Of a DNA stretch of 64,000 nucleotides, positions 30,860-40,829 are shown one piece after another (within the stretch, counting starts at the first letter, position 1; every line of letters starts with the position of its first letter). The notes under the pieces are model-generated. The model did no database searches. It worked only from the letters and a program-made list of their open reading frames with translations, and had not been told where the DNA came from. The translations under genes were made by a program, and so were the position numbers. The DNA comes from Candidatus Poribacteria bacterium (GTDB taxonomy: Bacteria; Poribacteria; WGA-4E; WGA-3G), in contig OZ251518.1 in the NCBI GenBank assembly GCA_965242965.1, positions 4,448,001 to 4,512,000 of the forward strand, read 5' to 3'.

Positions 30860-30978
30860 AAATGCTCCTTTTTTTCTATTAGGCTTCGCAAACGCGCTCA
30901 TTTTCCACCGGCAGGCGCGGGTTACAACCGCGCACGGACGAGATGGCGCGCTTTGCGAGTGCCTACAACGTGTCCTAT

Positions 30979-31560
30979 CTATTCAAAAAGTTCTGCCACT
31001 TGACAGGCGAACCCTTCCACGACATCCTCACCGGTGAGCGTATCCCCGGGTCGGAGCAGCGTCATATCTGTCTCCGAACGATACACCGTGACGGTTTTTG
31101 CGATGGGTTCGATCACCCAGACGAGGCGTGTTCCTGCGTTCAGATAGATAAATGCCTTTTCGATGACACTATACAACTTATCCGATGGGGAGACTACCTC
31201 CACGGCGAGGTCTGGTGGTACTGGGGATGCTTTTCTCAGATCAGCGGGTATCCCTGCCGCTGAGAGAAAAGCGACATCCGGCCTGAGCACACGCTCGCCT
31301 ACCCGAAACCCCGCCTCTGCGAGAACCTTCCCTCCCAATCGATTTTCGCGTACGTGCACGAGCAGAAAACTACTGATATTCACGCAGATTTCAGCGTGTT
31401 CCAAGGACGTAGCGGACATGGGAATGAGTTCTCCTTTGACGTATTCATAATCGTCTAAGTCGCTGTCCAAGAATTCCTCCAACGTCATTGTGGTGGGCAA
31501 TGGCGCGGGAATTTCTGGCGGCCATCCGTGCGCCTCTATTGGATTCACCATCACATGCAT
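30979..31560 (-). CDS. Uma2 family putative endonuclease
   Basis: Paralog of the 4200/4834 genes (PDVAF, PPDLAVEVVSP). Confidence 0.88.
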   Translation of the reverse strand: MHVMVNPIEAHGWPPEIPAPLPTTMTLEEFLDSDLDDYEYVKGELIPMSATSLEHAEICVNISSFLLVHVRENRLGGKVLAEAGFRVGERVLRPDVAFLSAAGIPADLRKASPVPPDLAVEVVSPSDKLYSVIEKAFIYLNAGTRLVWVIEPIAKTVTVYRSETDMTLLRPGDTLTGEDVVEGFACQVAELFE

Positions 31561-31639
31561 CCTCCGTTTGCGATATCAATTTTTCGGTGATTTATGTCCT
31601 ACAATTAATGATACCATGTCCGGCGCGTATTTGCAAGTC

Positions 31640-33561
31640 TTATCGGTAAAACGCGCGGTTCAGTTCCTTGTCCGCATCGCTGATGCCAAAATTCTCGTCC
31701 TCCATCTCCGAGAGGTTAACGTAGAGCTGATTCTTATCCAGCAGCTCCATCAACAGCGACTGCTGCTTTTTCACGTCGCCGATGGCGATGAAATCATCTA
31801 TCGCATCTTCAGGCACTTCGGGATTGATATACCAATTGAGGAATGACCCCCCCTTGCCATTTCGCGCCAGAGAACCACGAGTTCGTCGCTAGTGCGCGCC
31901 GCTTGGATGCGTTCCACGAAAGCGGCGTTATAGGGCATCAGTTCACAGAAAATGAAATCGCCACCATCCTGCCAATTGACAGATTGAGAAATGCCACCTT
32001 TTTCGCCCGCGAGAACCTTTTTTAGTCGTGCTGCCGTGACGGTTGCCACGTAGTCCATCTGTTCCACGAGAATCCATTGGCGGTTCATTTTGTGCGCAAC
32101 CGCCGCCGTTGTGCCTGAACCTGCGAAAAAGTCTAGAATAATATCGCCGCTTTCTGTCAACCACTTGATAATCCGCATGAGAATCTCTTCGTTTTTTTCA
32201 TGCGCAAACGGTGACTGACGGCCCGCAACGCTAATATCTGTCCAATTTTCGCTCAGCAACATCGTATCGGTTGCGGGAATGTAGTGCTCAGGGGTACCGT
32301 TTTTGCTCAACCGAACCAATTCAAAATCGGCGTGATTCAAGATGCTATTTTCGCGGCGATACCGGTGATAAGCGTCGTCAATGTGCGCATCGGTGATGTC
32401 CGCTTCGGCAATTCCTTGCGCCTGCAGATAGTCGATGAGCGTCCGATAGTTTTCAACGGCATCGTGTGTGCGCCGCTGCGCCCAACGCCACTGTCCTGTT
32501 GCTGGCGTGATGCCGAAAAGTTCAAAGCGCATCGTCGGCCGGTCTGTGCCGCGCCAGTGGTTGTTCCACGAACTCGCACGGTTACCCTTCAATTTCTTAA
32601 ACAGATTCGGGATTTTGATGTGACTCTCCTTGCTGTAAAAGAGAATCGTATCGTAGCCCGCGTTCAATTTATCGATGGCATCAAACTGCTTTTGAAGGCT
32701 TTTTTGCCCTTTCTTCACGATAATTCCGTTCCGAAAGTTGGCGCGCCCAAACACCTCGTCGCAGAGACATTTGAGATAGGCTAACTCGCGATTGTCGATC
32801 TGGATGAGGATAAACCCATCGGGACTCAGCAGTGCCTTTGCTACCTCCAACCGATTTTTCATGAAGGTGAGCCACGTGGAATGCGTAAAACTATCGTTAT
32901 ACTGAAACGAGTCATTGTCTGTATTATACGGCGGATCGATGTAGACACACTTGACCTTGCCCCGGAACTGCAACTTCAAACTGTGCAATGCCAACAGATT
33001 ATTACCCTTAACGAGCAGGTTCTCCTGAATCGTGCCATCATCGGCGCGTTTGAGTGCAGCTACCGGCTGTTCGCCGGCGAGCGTGTGTCGCTGCCAATTC
33101 GTCATCACCTTCGGCGCGAGAAGTCGGTTAATCTCATCAGGCGCGAGGAGCTCGTTGAAGAATACCTCGGTGCGTTTTTCCTCTTCGCGCGTCTGGCCGC
33201 CTTCCAAGACGCAGTCCTTGTAGGGCCAGACGAGTGCGACTTCGCCGCGTTCCGGCAGAAACTTTTCGTCAATGTTCAACCCGATTTTATTGCGAAATCG
33301 GGTATATGCATTGGCGAGGAAGTTTTTATCGGAGAGATAGGTAATGAAGGCGTTATAGTTGAATACCCACCGCCCGTTAATTTCGTCAAAGAACTGTGCC
33401 TCAATCTCCTTGTCTGTCATTAACAGCGTGAGGAGGCCGGTGTCAAGTTGCCATGCGCAGTCTTTGATGGCGGCGGGGATGAGTTGGCCTGCGTTGTCAA
33501 CGAATCGCGCCTCTGTTTTGAGTAGGCGAATGAGTTTTTGGTTGAAGTTCTCTGTTGGCAT
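31640..33561 (-). CDS. mod: Type III-like site-specific DNA amino-methyltransferase (Mod), frameshifted near the C-terminus
   Basis: YIDPPY catalytic and DFFAGSGTT SAM motifs in beta order; Mod-like tail (SFLNWY...LDKNQLYVNLSE...NRAFYR*) lies in another frame after G7 at 31847-31853. Confidence 0.85.
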
Positions 33562-33593
33562 CGGTGGTTTCCTTTCGGCGTTTGCTATCAAGT

Positions 33594-33778
33594 GAGAGTG
33601 TTTCATATCTCGTTGTTGTCAAAATGGTTTCGTGATACCCCGAACGCTTGCGTTTCCCCTGTAGGAGAGACCTCCTGGTCTCGATGTTCCCGTAGCGCGG
33701 AGGACAGGCCCCCGCGCTACGGGGCAATCGAGACCCGAGGGCTCTCCTACCGAACACATCGAGATATGAAACACCCTC
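33594..33778. mobile_element. Short MITE-like element with the same terminal inverted repeat family
   Basis: GAGAGTGTTTCATATCTCG ... CGAGATATGAAACACCCTC (18/19) enclosing REP hairpins; no target duplication seen. Confidence 0.55.
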
Positions 33779-33786
33779 ATATTACC

Positions 33787-34566
33787 TCACAGCCGAATAT
33801 CTATCTCAAATAGCTGCCAATGGACAATTTTCCAATCCGATTGTTCCCGTCGAAAATCGAATTGGCAGCGAGCCTCAATCTCGCGCAAATCGCGTTGTTC
33901 CCCTTTCTCTGCTGTCACGTCAAGCGACAGAACGACCGAGGCTTTCCGCGCGTGCGTCACGTCCGCCTGAACGTTTTTAAAGAGGAATTCCAGCGAAACG
34001 TATTCTTCAAAGAGTTGCGTTATCGCCGGGACAACGTCGTCATAATTTTCGGGGATAATGCCGGAAAGCACGCCGAAAAGCGTCGCCTCGTCATCGGCGG
34101 CGACGTAGGTTTCCGAGAAGAGTGCCTCGATATCCTCCAAGTTTTCGATGTCTAGCGATTCCAGCAGCGCAGAAAAAGCATCCAGAAATTCTTGGAGTTC
34201 CTCTGTTGTGTCGCGAAGCGGCATTAATTCAACGTTCAGCACTAAGCGTTCCTGTCCGAGCGCGAAGAACTGCTGATAGGGTTGGTAATCCGCGTCTTCC
34301 ACGATGAGGGTATAGGCATCGGCGTAAGGCATGCCTTGGAACGTGTAAACGCCGTCGATGCCGGTTTCCATGGACTGCTCTAGCAATGTGACGACTGCGC
34401 CGGGAATCGGGTTGTCAGTGCCTCCGTGTGTGATGGTGCCGGAGACGGTACCGTATTCAATGACAATCGGCGTGGCGGGTTGTTCCGCGGGCTCTTCTTC
34501 GTCTGCACCGCCGCATGCGAACAGGCATAAGAGTAAGAGGAGGGTAATGTTTTTGTGGCGTATCAT
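33787..34566 (-). CDS. Lipoprotein with carboxypeptidase-regulatory-like domain and NTF2-like C-terminus
   Basis: Lipobox LFAC; GTVSGTI..PIPGAVVTL..T..DGVY motif. Confidence 0.65.
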   Translation of the reverse strand: MIRHKNITLLLLLCLFACGGADEEEPAEQPATPIVIEYGTVSGTITHGGTDNPIPGAVVTLLEQSMETGIDGVYTFQGMPYADAYTLIVEDADYQPYQQFFALGQERLVLNVELMPLRDTTEELQEFLDAFSALLESLDIENLEDIEALFSETYVAADDEATLFGVLSGIIPENYDDVVPAITQLFEEYVSLEFLFKNVQADVTHARKASVVLSLDVTAEKGEQRDLREIEARCQFDFRREQSDWKIVHWQLFEIDIRL

Positions 34567-34699
34567 GAGGGGATTTCCTTTCGTCTGCGTCTTGGATTTG
34601 TAGGACTAACAGGTAATACGGACGCAGCACGAACCCGGTGTGCGCGGTTGCAAACCGCGCACACCGGTGACGAGTGATAGCATTCGCGGCCATATTGAA

Positions 34700-35596
34700 C
34701 TACTTCTTCACTTGCGCTTTTATGCGGCCGAAGATAAATTCGCAGGCACTATACTTTTTTCGGTTGTCAATATAACAACTGAGTTTGCGCAAATCCCTAC
34801 CGTCGATAATCCAATTCTTATCTAAATCCATTCCTCGGATCCTGTCGATAGAATCGCGCGGTTCCCAAGTAGCAAAAGCACGGTTGAGATACGCGCCATA
34901 GTTGTCAATGAGAAGCCGTAGATCGTTATTATCTACTCTCCCATTGTAGTCAACATCCCCATTAGAACGTTGATTCACTAACCGCGTGTTGAATACACGA
35001 ATCGAATTTGGCTCGGGGGACAAGTTAGGTTCGTAATAAAACTTGTCGGCACCGTTATCATAAAAAAGTTGAACTCTCACAAATTCAACCTTCGGATTCA
35101 CGCCAGGGGTCAGGATGCGGATGTTCCTGAACTTTAGCCTGACCAATGTCCCAGAAGGTCTTCGGTGAAAATTCCCTTTATCGAGATAAACGGTATCTAA
35201 TCCGTGCGTATGAATCAGGCGTTCCTGAAACCATACGCGATCGCGACGATTAAGGCCCGCCGTGAGATTTTTCTCATAAACTGCTGCTGAGAAAAAACCC
35301 TCACGAGGAATTGGCGCGACAGCCTCATCGAATATCAAGACTTGCGGCGAGTATCGGAAATCGATTTGAAAACCGACTATCCTTCTTCGTTCCACATCCT
35401 GATACGCATTGAGGATTTTGACGTTAATGAAGAATTCCTGAAACGATTTCTGCGGCATCACCGTTTGATAGTCCTCAAAGTAAACTACCGGGTCAGTGTG
35501 CTCCAGGACCCGGGGGTATTGTGCGTTAGACACACTCGCCAGAGTCATCACAAATAAAATGACTAAGGCAATCAAACCTGGTTGATAGAATTTCAT
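34700..35596 (-). CDS. Secreted protein with cohesin-like and dockerin/EF-hand-like segments
   Basis: Signal peptide; GFQIDFRYSPQVL, SGTLVRLKF; GDVDYNGRVDNNDL and DLDKNWIIDGRDL loops. Confidence 0.55.
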   Translation of the reverse strand: MKFYQPGLIALVILFVMTLASVSNAQYPRVLEHTDPVVYFEDYQTVMPQKSFQEFFINVKILNAYQDVERRRIVGFQIDFRYSPQVLIFDEAVAPIPREGFFSAAVYEKNLTAGLNRRDRVWFQERLIHTHGLDTVYLDKGNFHRRPSGTLVRLKFRNIRILTPGVNPKVEFVRVQLFYDNGADKFYYEPNLSPEPNSIRVFNTRLVNQRSNGDVDYNGRVDNNDLRLLIDNYGAYLNRAFATWEPRDSIDRIRGMDLDKNWIIDGRDLRKLSCYIDNRKKYSACEFIFGRIKAQVKK

Positions 35597-35878
35597 GCTA
35601 ACCACCTTTATGTTAGAGTCTGTGCCGACCGGGATGAGCCCGTGACGACACCTATTAATTTTTTCCGTTGCACTGCATGCTTGCAGATACCGCAATGCTT
35701 GACGGTGAATACACCTCAGCGTCGCAACAGTTCGCAAACTCGCCGGTGTTTTTTGAGTTGCGTGCTTCAACGCAAGTGAACGCAGCGCGCTTAATCATGA
35801 ACAGCAGTATTAGGATACCACAAAACGCCAAAAATGGGAAATAAAAAACGTTCGCGTAGCATTTTGTGGAACAACAGA

Positions 35879-35907
35879 ATGATACCACGTAAAAATCCTT
35901 TTGTCAA
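35879..35907 (-). promoter_or_regulatory. Promoter TTGACA-N17-TATCAT with extended -10 TG
   Basis: Direct sequence match about 280 nt upstream of the 35596 start. Confidence 0.6.
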
Positions 35908-35926
35908 GGAAAATGCAGTTTTTAAT

Positions 35927-36430
35927 GAGGGTGTTTCATATTTTGATGCGTTCGGTAGGAGAGACCTCGGGGCTCGATGTTCCCGTAGTGCGGGGGGGGG
36001 CTCGGAGGTTTCCATACGCGCATCCGAGCGGGTTTCCCCAGCGATGGCTCAAGAACCGTTTTTTATCGTAGCGCGGGGGCCTGTCCCCCGTGGTGGCTCA
36101 AGTTTTTATCGTAGCGCGGGGGCCCTCGGATGCCATACGCGCATCCGAGCGGGTTTCCCCCGCGATCTCCATCGTGACGATGTGTGTTTCCACCTCTGTA
36201 GTTCGTGCTCGCCTGATCACAAATAGGTCAGGATCGGGCGATCCTGCCCTACAGGGGTGAAGAGGTCTGGTTGCAAAACGATCGCGAGGGACAGGCTCTC
36301 GCGCTACGGGCCGTGAGCGGTTATCTGAAAGAGAAAGGACAGGCCCTCGCACTTCGGGACGCGATCTCGGGATGAGAACGATTGTTGTCTCAACCGGGCG
36401 ATCGCGAGGGACAGGCCCTCGCGCTACGGG
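35927..36430. repeat. REP cluster beginning with a solo GAGGGTGTTTCATA terminus
   Basis: Same end module (terminus, REP-B, REP-A) as at 22982 and 33778. Confidence 0.75.
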
Positions 36431-36557
36431 GCACGAGGCGGTTATCCGAACTACGGAATGCAAGGCGGTTATCCGAAAGAGAAACGATTTTCCTTGACTT
36501 TGCAAAGGAGATGTGCTAACCTATTCTCCATAAATTATCATTACAAAGGTGCAGTGA

Positions 36558-37598
36558 ATGGAACAATGGATTGAACAATTGGTGACTGGATTAGCCAGCC
36601 CGTTCCTTTTCCTTATTATCGTCGTGACGCTTTACACGCTCGGAAAAGGCGCGGATTGGCTCGTTGATGAAGCAGTGGTGCTCTCCTCGCGCTGGGGCAT
36701 GGGGAAAGCTGTCATCGGCGCGACGATTGTTAGCATAGGGACGACAACACCGGAAGCCGCTGTCTCCGTGCTTTCCGCAATTCAGGGGAAACCGGGGCTA
36801 GCACTCGGAAACGCAGTAGGCTCAATTATTTGTGATACGGGGCTCATCCTCGGACTCGCATCGCTCATCGCGCCGCTGCAATTTAATAGACAGTTGGCTT
36901 CAAAACTATCGAACGTGCAGGTAGGTGCAGGGATTCTGTTGGTGGTAGGATGTTTCCCGTGGACATCGCCGGCGAAAGTTTTTAGTCAAGGCGGAACGCT
37001 GCCGCAACTCATCGGCTTTGTCTTTATCGTTTTGCTAGGGCTCTATGTTTGGCAGTCTATCCGCTGGGCAGCCTCAATAACCGATGAACCGAGTGAAAAT
37101 GGGGATGAACCAGAGGACGCATCCGCGAATTCCCTCGCCATCCTAGCGAAACTCATCGGCTCAATTGTGATTATCGTCATCTCGGCGCAAATTCTAATTC
37201 CGAGTGTGAGCGTTATCGCGCAAAGAATCGGGGTCCCGAAGCATATTATTTCCGCGACGCTGGTGGCGTTCGGCACATCGCTACCGGAACTCGTCACGGC
37301 GGTTACGGCGGTGCGGCGCGGGCACGGCGAACTCGCTGTCGGAAACATCATCGGCGCGGATATCCTGAACGTTCTCTTCGTCGCCGGTGTCTCTGCAGCA
37401 GCAACCCCAGGCGGTTTGCAGGCAGACGGACAGTTTTTCCAATTTCTCTTCCCGGCGATGCTGTTCATTCTCATCGTCTTCCGGTGCGGGATTTTCGTTT
37501 CGGGAAATCAGTTGAAACGTCCGTTCGGGATAGTGCTAGTCGGAACGTGGTTAGCCGTGACGATTCTGAGCTATATTTTGTCTATTGAGATGCATTAG
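36558..37598 (+). CDS. Ca2+/Na+ antiporter (YrbG/CaCA family)
   Basis: Two alpha repeats GTTTPE..GNAVGS and GTSLPE..GNIIGA. Confidence 0.9.
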   Translation: MEQWIEQLVTGLASPFLFLIIVVTLYTLGKGADWLVDEAVVLSSRWGMGKAVIGATIVSIGTTTPEAAVSVLSAIQGKPGLALGNAVGSIICDTGLILGLASLIAPLQFNRQLASKLSNVQVGAGILLVVGCFPWTSPAKVFSQGGTLPQLIGFVFIVLLGLYVWQSIRWAASITDEPSENGDEPEDASANSLAILAKLIGSIVIIVISAQILIPSVSVIAQRIGVPKHIISATLVAFGTSLPELVTAVTAVRRGHGELAVGNIIGADILNVLFVAGVSAAATPGGLQADGQFFQFLFPAMLFILIVFRCGIFVSGNQLKRPFGIVLVGTWLAVTILSYILSIEMH

Positions 37599-37606
37599 TC
37601 AAAATT

Positions 37607-37635
37607 TTGACAAATTTGCGCGATTTTGCTATAGT
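37607..37635 (+). promoter_or_regulatory. Promoter TTGACA-N17-TATAGT
   Basis: Near-consensus boxes; palindrome GTCAAAATTTTGAC overlaps the -35. Confidence 0.6.
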
Positions 37636-37791
37636 GCATCTCACACGCAAACGTGGACTCTTTTCCGAATCTTTTAGACGGCGTTTCAATTATACACGTG
37701 GCATCTGTAGGGCAAATGAGTTTGACTCGTCAAGCTCAGCGTCCTGAAGACAGATTTGGTAGGATACGCTACAATGTTTGAGGAGGAAAAA

Positions 37792-38949
37792 ATGGATAAG
37801 AATCAGATACCGGCGGCGGAGACGCAGTATTATCGCGCCACCGCTTTTGCTGACGCTAAACCGGAACATGCAGCTCCCGGTGCTACGCCTGAACGGCTGG
37901 CACACCTGAAGGAGCACGGGTTTGTTATCATCAACGATTTTGTCAATAACCCTTGGATTCCGATTCTCCGAGATGCGGGCCGGCGGGTAACCGAGGCGTG
38001 CGCACCGGAGAACGGCTATAGCCAGATCGATTGCTCGAAAGGTTACGTCCACCGCACAGGCGGCGATGAACCGTGGGCGATTCGGGGGATTATCCATCCT
38101 GATTTCAAAGAACCGTGTTTCGCTGAATTCCACGGATGCCCCGATTTCCTCAACTTCGTCAGTTCGTGGTGCCATGGGCTCCAGCCGGAAGAACTCTCGC
38201 TGAGCGGCATGCTCTTGTGGTGCAACCCGCGGCATCGCGAGAATAAACTGGGCTGGCACCGAGACGTGACGTGGTGGGGGACCGGGAAGAGCTATTTCGC
38301 GCAACGCGAAGTCCGAGGCGAGGGACCCGAGGCGTATTCCGAGGAGGTCGAACGCATCCGCTGGAAGGAAATCCGAGAACGGAACGCGCAGTCGCTCACC
38401 GAACGAAACGGCGTGAGCATGTTTTTGGCATTAACCGATGACGAATGCCACGAACTCGTGCCGGGCAGCCACAATCGATGGCGCACACCGTTTGAGCACG
38501 ATGTGCTACTGCCAAAATCCATGAAGGACCAGGGGGTACCGCATACACCCAGTTGGGACGGCGAAGAACCGCTGCCGGGCCAGGTCGCGATTCGGCTCAA
38601 GGCAGGCGAGGCACTCATCCGCAACGGCGCAACTATCCACACCGGGCACACCGTGCCAAACCGGGAACGGAACACGCTCTCCATCGGCTGGTCCAAGTGG
38701 AAAGGCGAATCGGATGAGGAACCGTCTGTTGCGGATGTCCGGCACGCGTGGCAACTCGATCCTGCCGTGCGCGAGGCACTCCCTTATGACTGGATGCAGA
38801 TAGCGTGGGACCGCTGGGCGGCAACCCAGAAACTCGGCGATACGCTGGAAGACCGGTATACCGGGTTTGACATCAAGCACATCAAGGAGGGACAGGTGCT
38901 TGGTTGGCGCGGTGAGTTGGAGCGGCAAGCTGCTGCTAATGAGCTGTAG
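37792..38949 (+). CDS. Phytanoyl-CoA dioxygenase (PhyH) family Fe/2OG oxygenase
   Basis: WHRD, VPGSH, distal H in TIHTG. Confidence 0.8.
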   Translation: MDKNQIPAAETQYYRATAFADAKPEHAAPGATPERLAHLKEHGFVIINDFVNNPWIPILRDAGRRVTEACAPENGYSQIDCSKGYVHRTGGDEPWAIRGIIHPDFKEPCFAEFHGCPDFLNFVSSWCHGLQPEELSLSGMLLWCNPRHRENKLGWHRDVTWWGTGKSYFAQREVRGEGPEAYSEEVERIRWKEIRERNAQSLTERNGVSMFLALTDDECHELVPGSHNRWRTPFEHDVLLPKSMKDQGVPHTPSWDGEEPLPGQVAIRLKAGEALIRNGATIHTGHTVPNRERNTLSIGWSKWKGESDEEPSVADVRHAWQLDPAVREALPYDWMQIAWDRWAATQKLGDTLEDRYTGFDIKHIKEGQVLGWRGELERQAAANEL

Positions 38950-39410
38950 GGCGAGGGCCTGTCCCTCGCCATGCTGTTCGTTAAATCGTAGGGCGAGGGC
39001 CTGTCCCTCGCCATGCCATCTGTTAAACCGTAGGGCGAGGGCCTGTCCCTCGCCATGCCATCTGTCAAACCGTAGCGCGGGGGCCTGTCCCCCGCGATCT
39101 CCATCGTCAAAAGGTGGCGTTTTAGGTCCTTTAGGACCTAAGAACCGTTTTTTCATCGTAGCGCGGGGGCCTGTCCCCCGCGAGCGTTGGATTGCGCGTG
39201 CACACATGATCGCGAGGGACAGGCCCTCGCGCTACAGGCCGCGGGGCGCGCTTGATTCATCGAGAGATCGCGAGGGACAGGCCCTCGCGCTACAGGCCGC
39301 GGGGCGCGCTTGATTCATCGAGAGATCGCGAGGGACAGGCCCTCGCGCTACAGGCCGCGGGATGGGCTTGATTCATCGGGCCTCGCCTTACGGGCCGCGG
39401 GGCGCGCTTG
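38945..39410. repeat. REP-A tandem arrays (~42-bp and 57-bp periods)
   Basis: Visible direct repeats of GTAG hairpins, converging orientation. Confidence 0.8.
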
Positions 39411-39411
39411 A

Positions 39412-40398
39412 TTAAAATGGCTCCGGCACTAACCGCACGAACGGCAATGACACCCTATCCAACGCTTCCCGAATTGCCGCGTCAAGTTCCCAACCGATGC
39501 CGCCGAGGGTATCGTCAAGCTGCGCGATGGTATCGCTGCCACTGATGGCAACGGTGACTTCAGGATGCGACAATACCCACGCCACGGCGAGTTGCGCCGG
39601 CGTTTTACCGAGTTCACTCGCGAACTGCTTCAGCGTAGAGATAACCTGTCCGGTCGCGCCGCTCATCCGCCGGTCGAATTCGTCGCGGTAGCGTGTCGCC
39701 CACAGCGTCCCCTCCGGCGGCGGTTCATCGGACGAATAGACACCGCTCAGTAAACCGACAGCGAGCGGACTATAAGCCATCACGCCTAACCCTTCCGCCT
39801 GCACTAAACCGAACATGTCGCTCTCCAGATCGCGATTCAGCAGATTATACATATTTTGAACGCACATATAGGATGCAGCGTGGCTCTTGTCGGAAATCCA
39901 GAGTGCCTTGCAGACCTGCCACGCTTGATGATTGCAACACCCGATATAGCGGACCTTGCCCGAACGCACCAGATCATCGAGCGCACGGATGGTTTCCTCC
40001 TGCGGTGTCCCGGCATCAAACGCATGGATGAGGTAAACGTCGATATAGTCTGTCTTGAGCCGCGCCAGGGAACGTTCTACCTCACGCAGAATGTGGTAAC
40101 GTGATAACCCGGCATCATTCGGGCCAGGGCCGATGTTGCTGAAAACTTTGGAGGTAATCACCACATCGTCCCGTTTGCCTCGGATGGCTTTGCCGAGGAT
40201 GACTTCTGAACGTCCGATGTTGGCTCTGTCGTCCATCGGTCCGTAGATATTAGCGCAATCAATGAGGTTGATGCCAGACTCAATAGCATGTTCAATGAGG
40301 CGTTGCGCAGCGCGTTCATCGCCTTGTCCTCTAAAACCCAATCCTAATGCGAGTGGACTGACTTTGAGTCCTGCTTTTCCGAAATTGATGTAGTCCAT
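39412..40398 (-). CDS. Aldo/keto reductase
   Basis: IDCANIYG, SLARLKTDYIDVYLIH, GKVRYIG, YSPLA. Confidence 0.9.
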   Translation of the reverse strand: MDYINFGKAGLKVSPLALGLGFRGQGDERAAQRLIEHAIESGINLIDCANIYGPMDDRANIGRSEVILGKAIRGKRDDVVITSKVFSNIGPGPNDAGLSRYHILREVERSLARLKTDYIDVYLIHAFDAGTPQEETIRALDDLVRSGKVRYIGCCNHQAWQVCKALWISDKSHAASYMCVQNMYNLLNRDLESDMFGLVQAEGLGVMAYSPLAVGLLSGVYSSDEPPPEGTLWATRYRDEFDRRMSGATGQVISTLKQFASELGKTPAQLAVAWVLSHPEVTVAISGSDTIAQLDDTLGGIGWELDAAIREALDRVSLPFVRLVPEPF

Positions 40399-40416
40399 GA
40401 TGTTGTTCCTATCCCT

Positions 40417-40778
40417 AGTAGGAGAGACCGCCCGGTCTTGATGCAATAGCGGTAGGCGAGACCTCCTGGTCTCGATGGTTTTTCATATCGGGACAAGGAT
40501 GTCCCTCCTACCTAAAACGAAGCACACCCGTAGGAGAGACCTCCTGGTCTTGACAGTAGGAGAGACCTCCCGGTCTCGACAGCATTGCGCGGGACAGGCC
40601 CGCGCACTACGATTTAATGGCCGGCATTGCGCGGGACAGGCCCGCGCACTACGGGTTAACGGATGGCATTGCGCGGGACAGGCCCGCGCACTACGATTTA
40701 ATGGCCGGCATTGCGCGGGACAGGCCCGCGCACTACGGTTATATCGGTGCTTGGCGCGGGACAGGCCCGCGCACTACG
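40417..40778. repeat. REP-B/REP-C copies plus a five-copy ~42-bp array of GCGCGGGACAGGCCCGCGCACTAC
   Basis: Tandem copies at about 40582-40778. Confidence 0.8.
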
Positions 40779-40829
40779 CGCGCCATGCGTATCAAACGCG
40801 AACGGATAGAATTGGCATGAAAACCGCGC

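Noticed and set aside
35597-35870. Known riboswitch in the leader of the cohesin/dockerin-like gene
   Set aside because: Some short hairpins are present but no aptamer consensus that I can recognise
35992-36000. Long G run as a phase-variation tract
   Set aside because: It lies inside a degenerate intergenic REP copy; more likely repeat decay or homopolymer error
40582-40778. Possible CRISPR array (regular palindromic repeats)
   Set aside because: Spacers are only about 12 bp and recur, the repeat is a REP variant found throughout, and no cas genes are present
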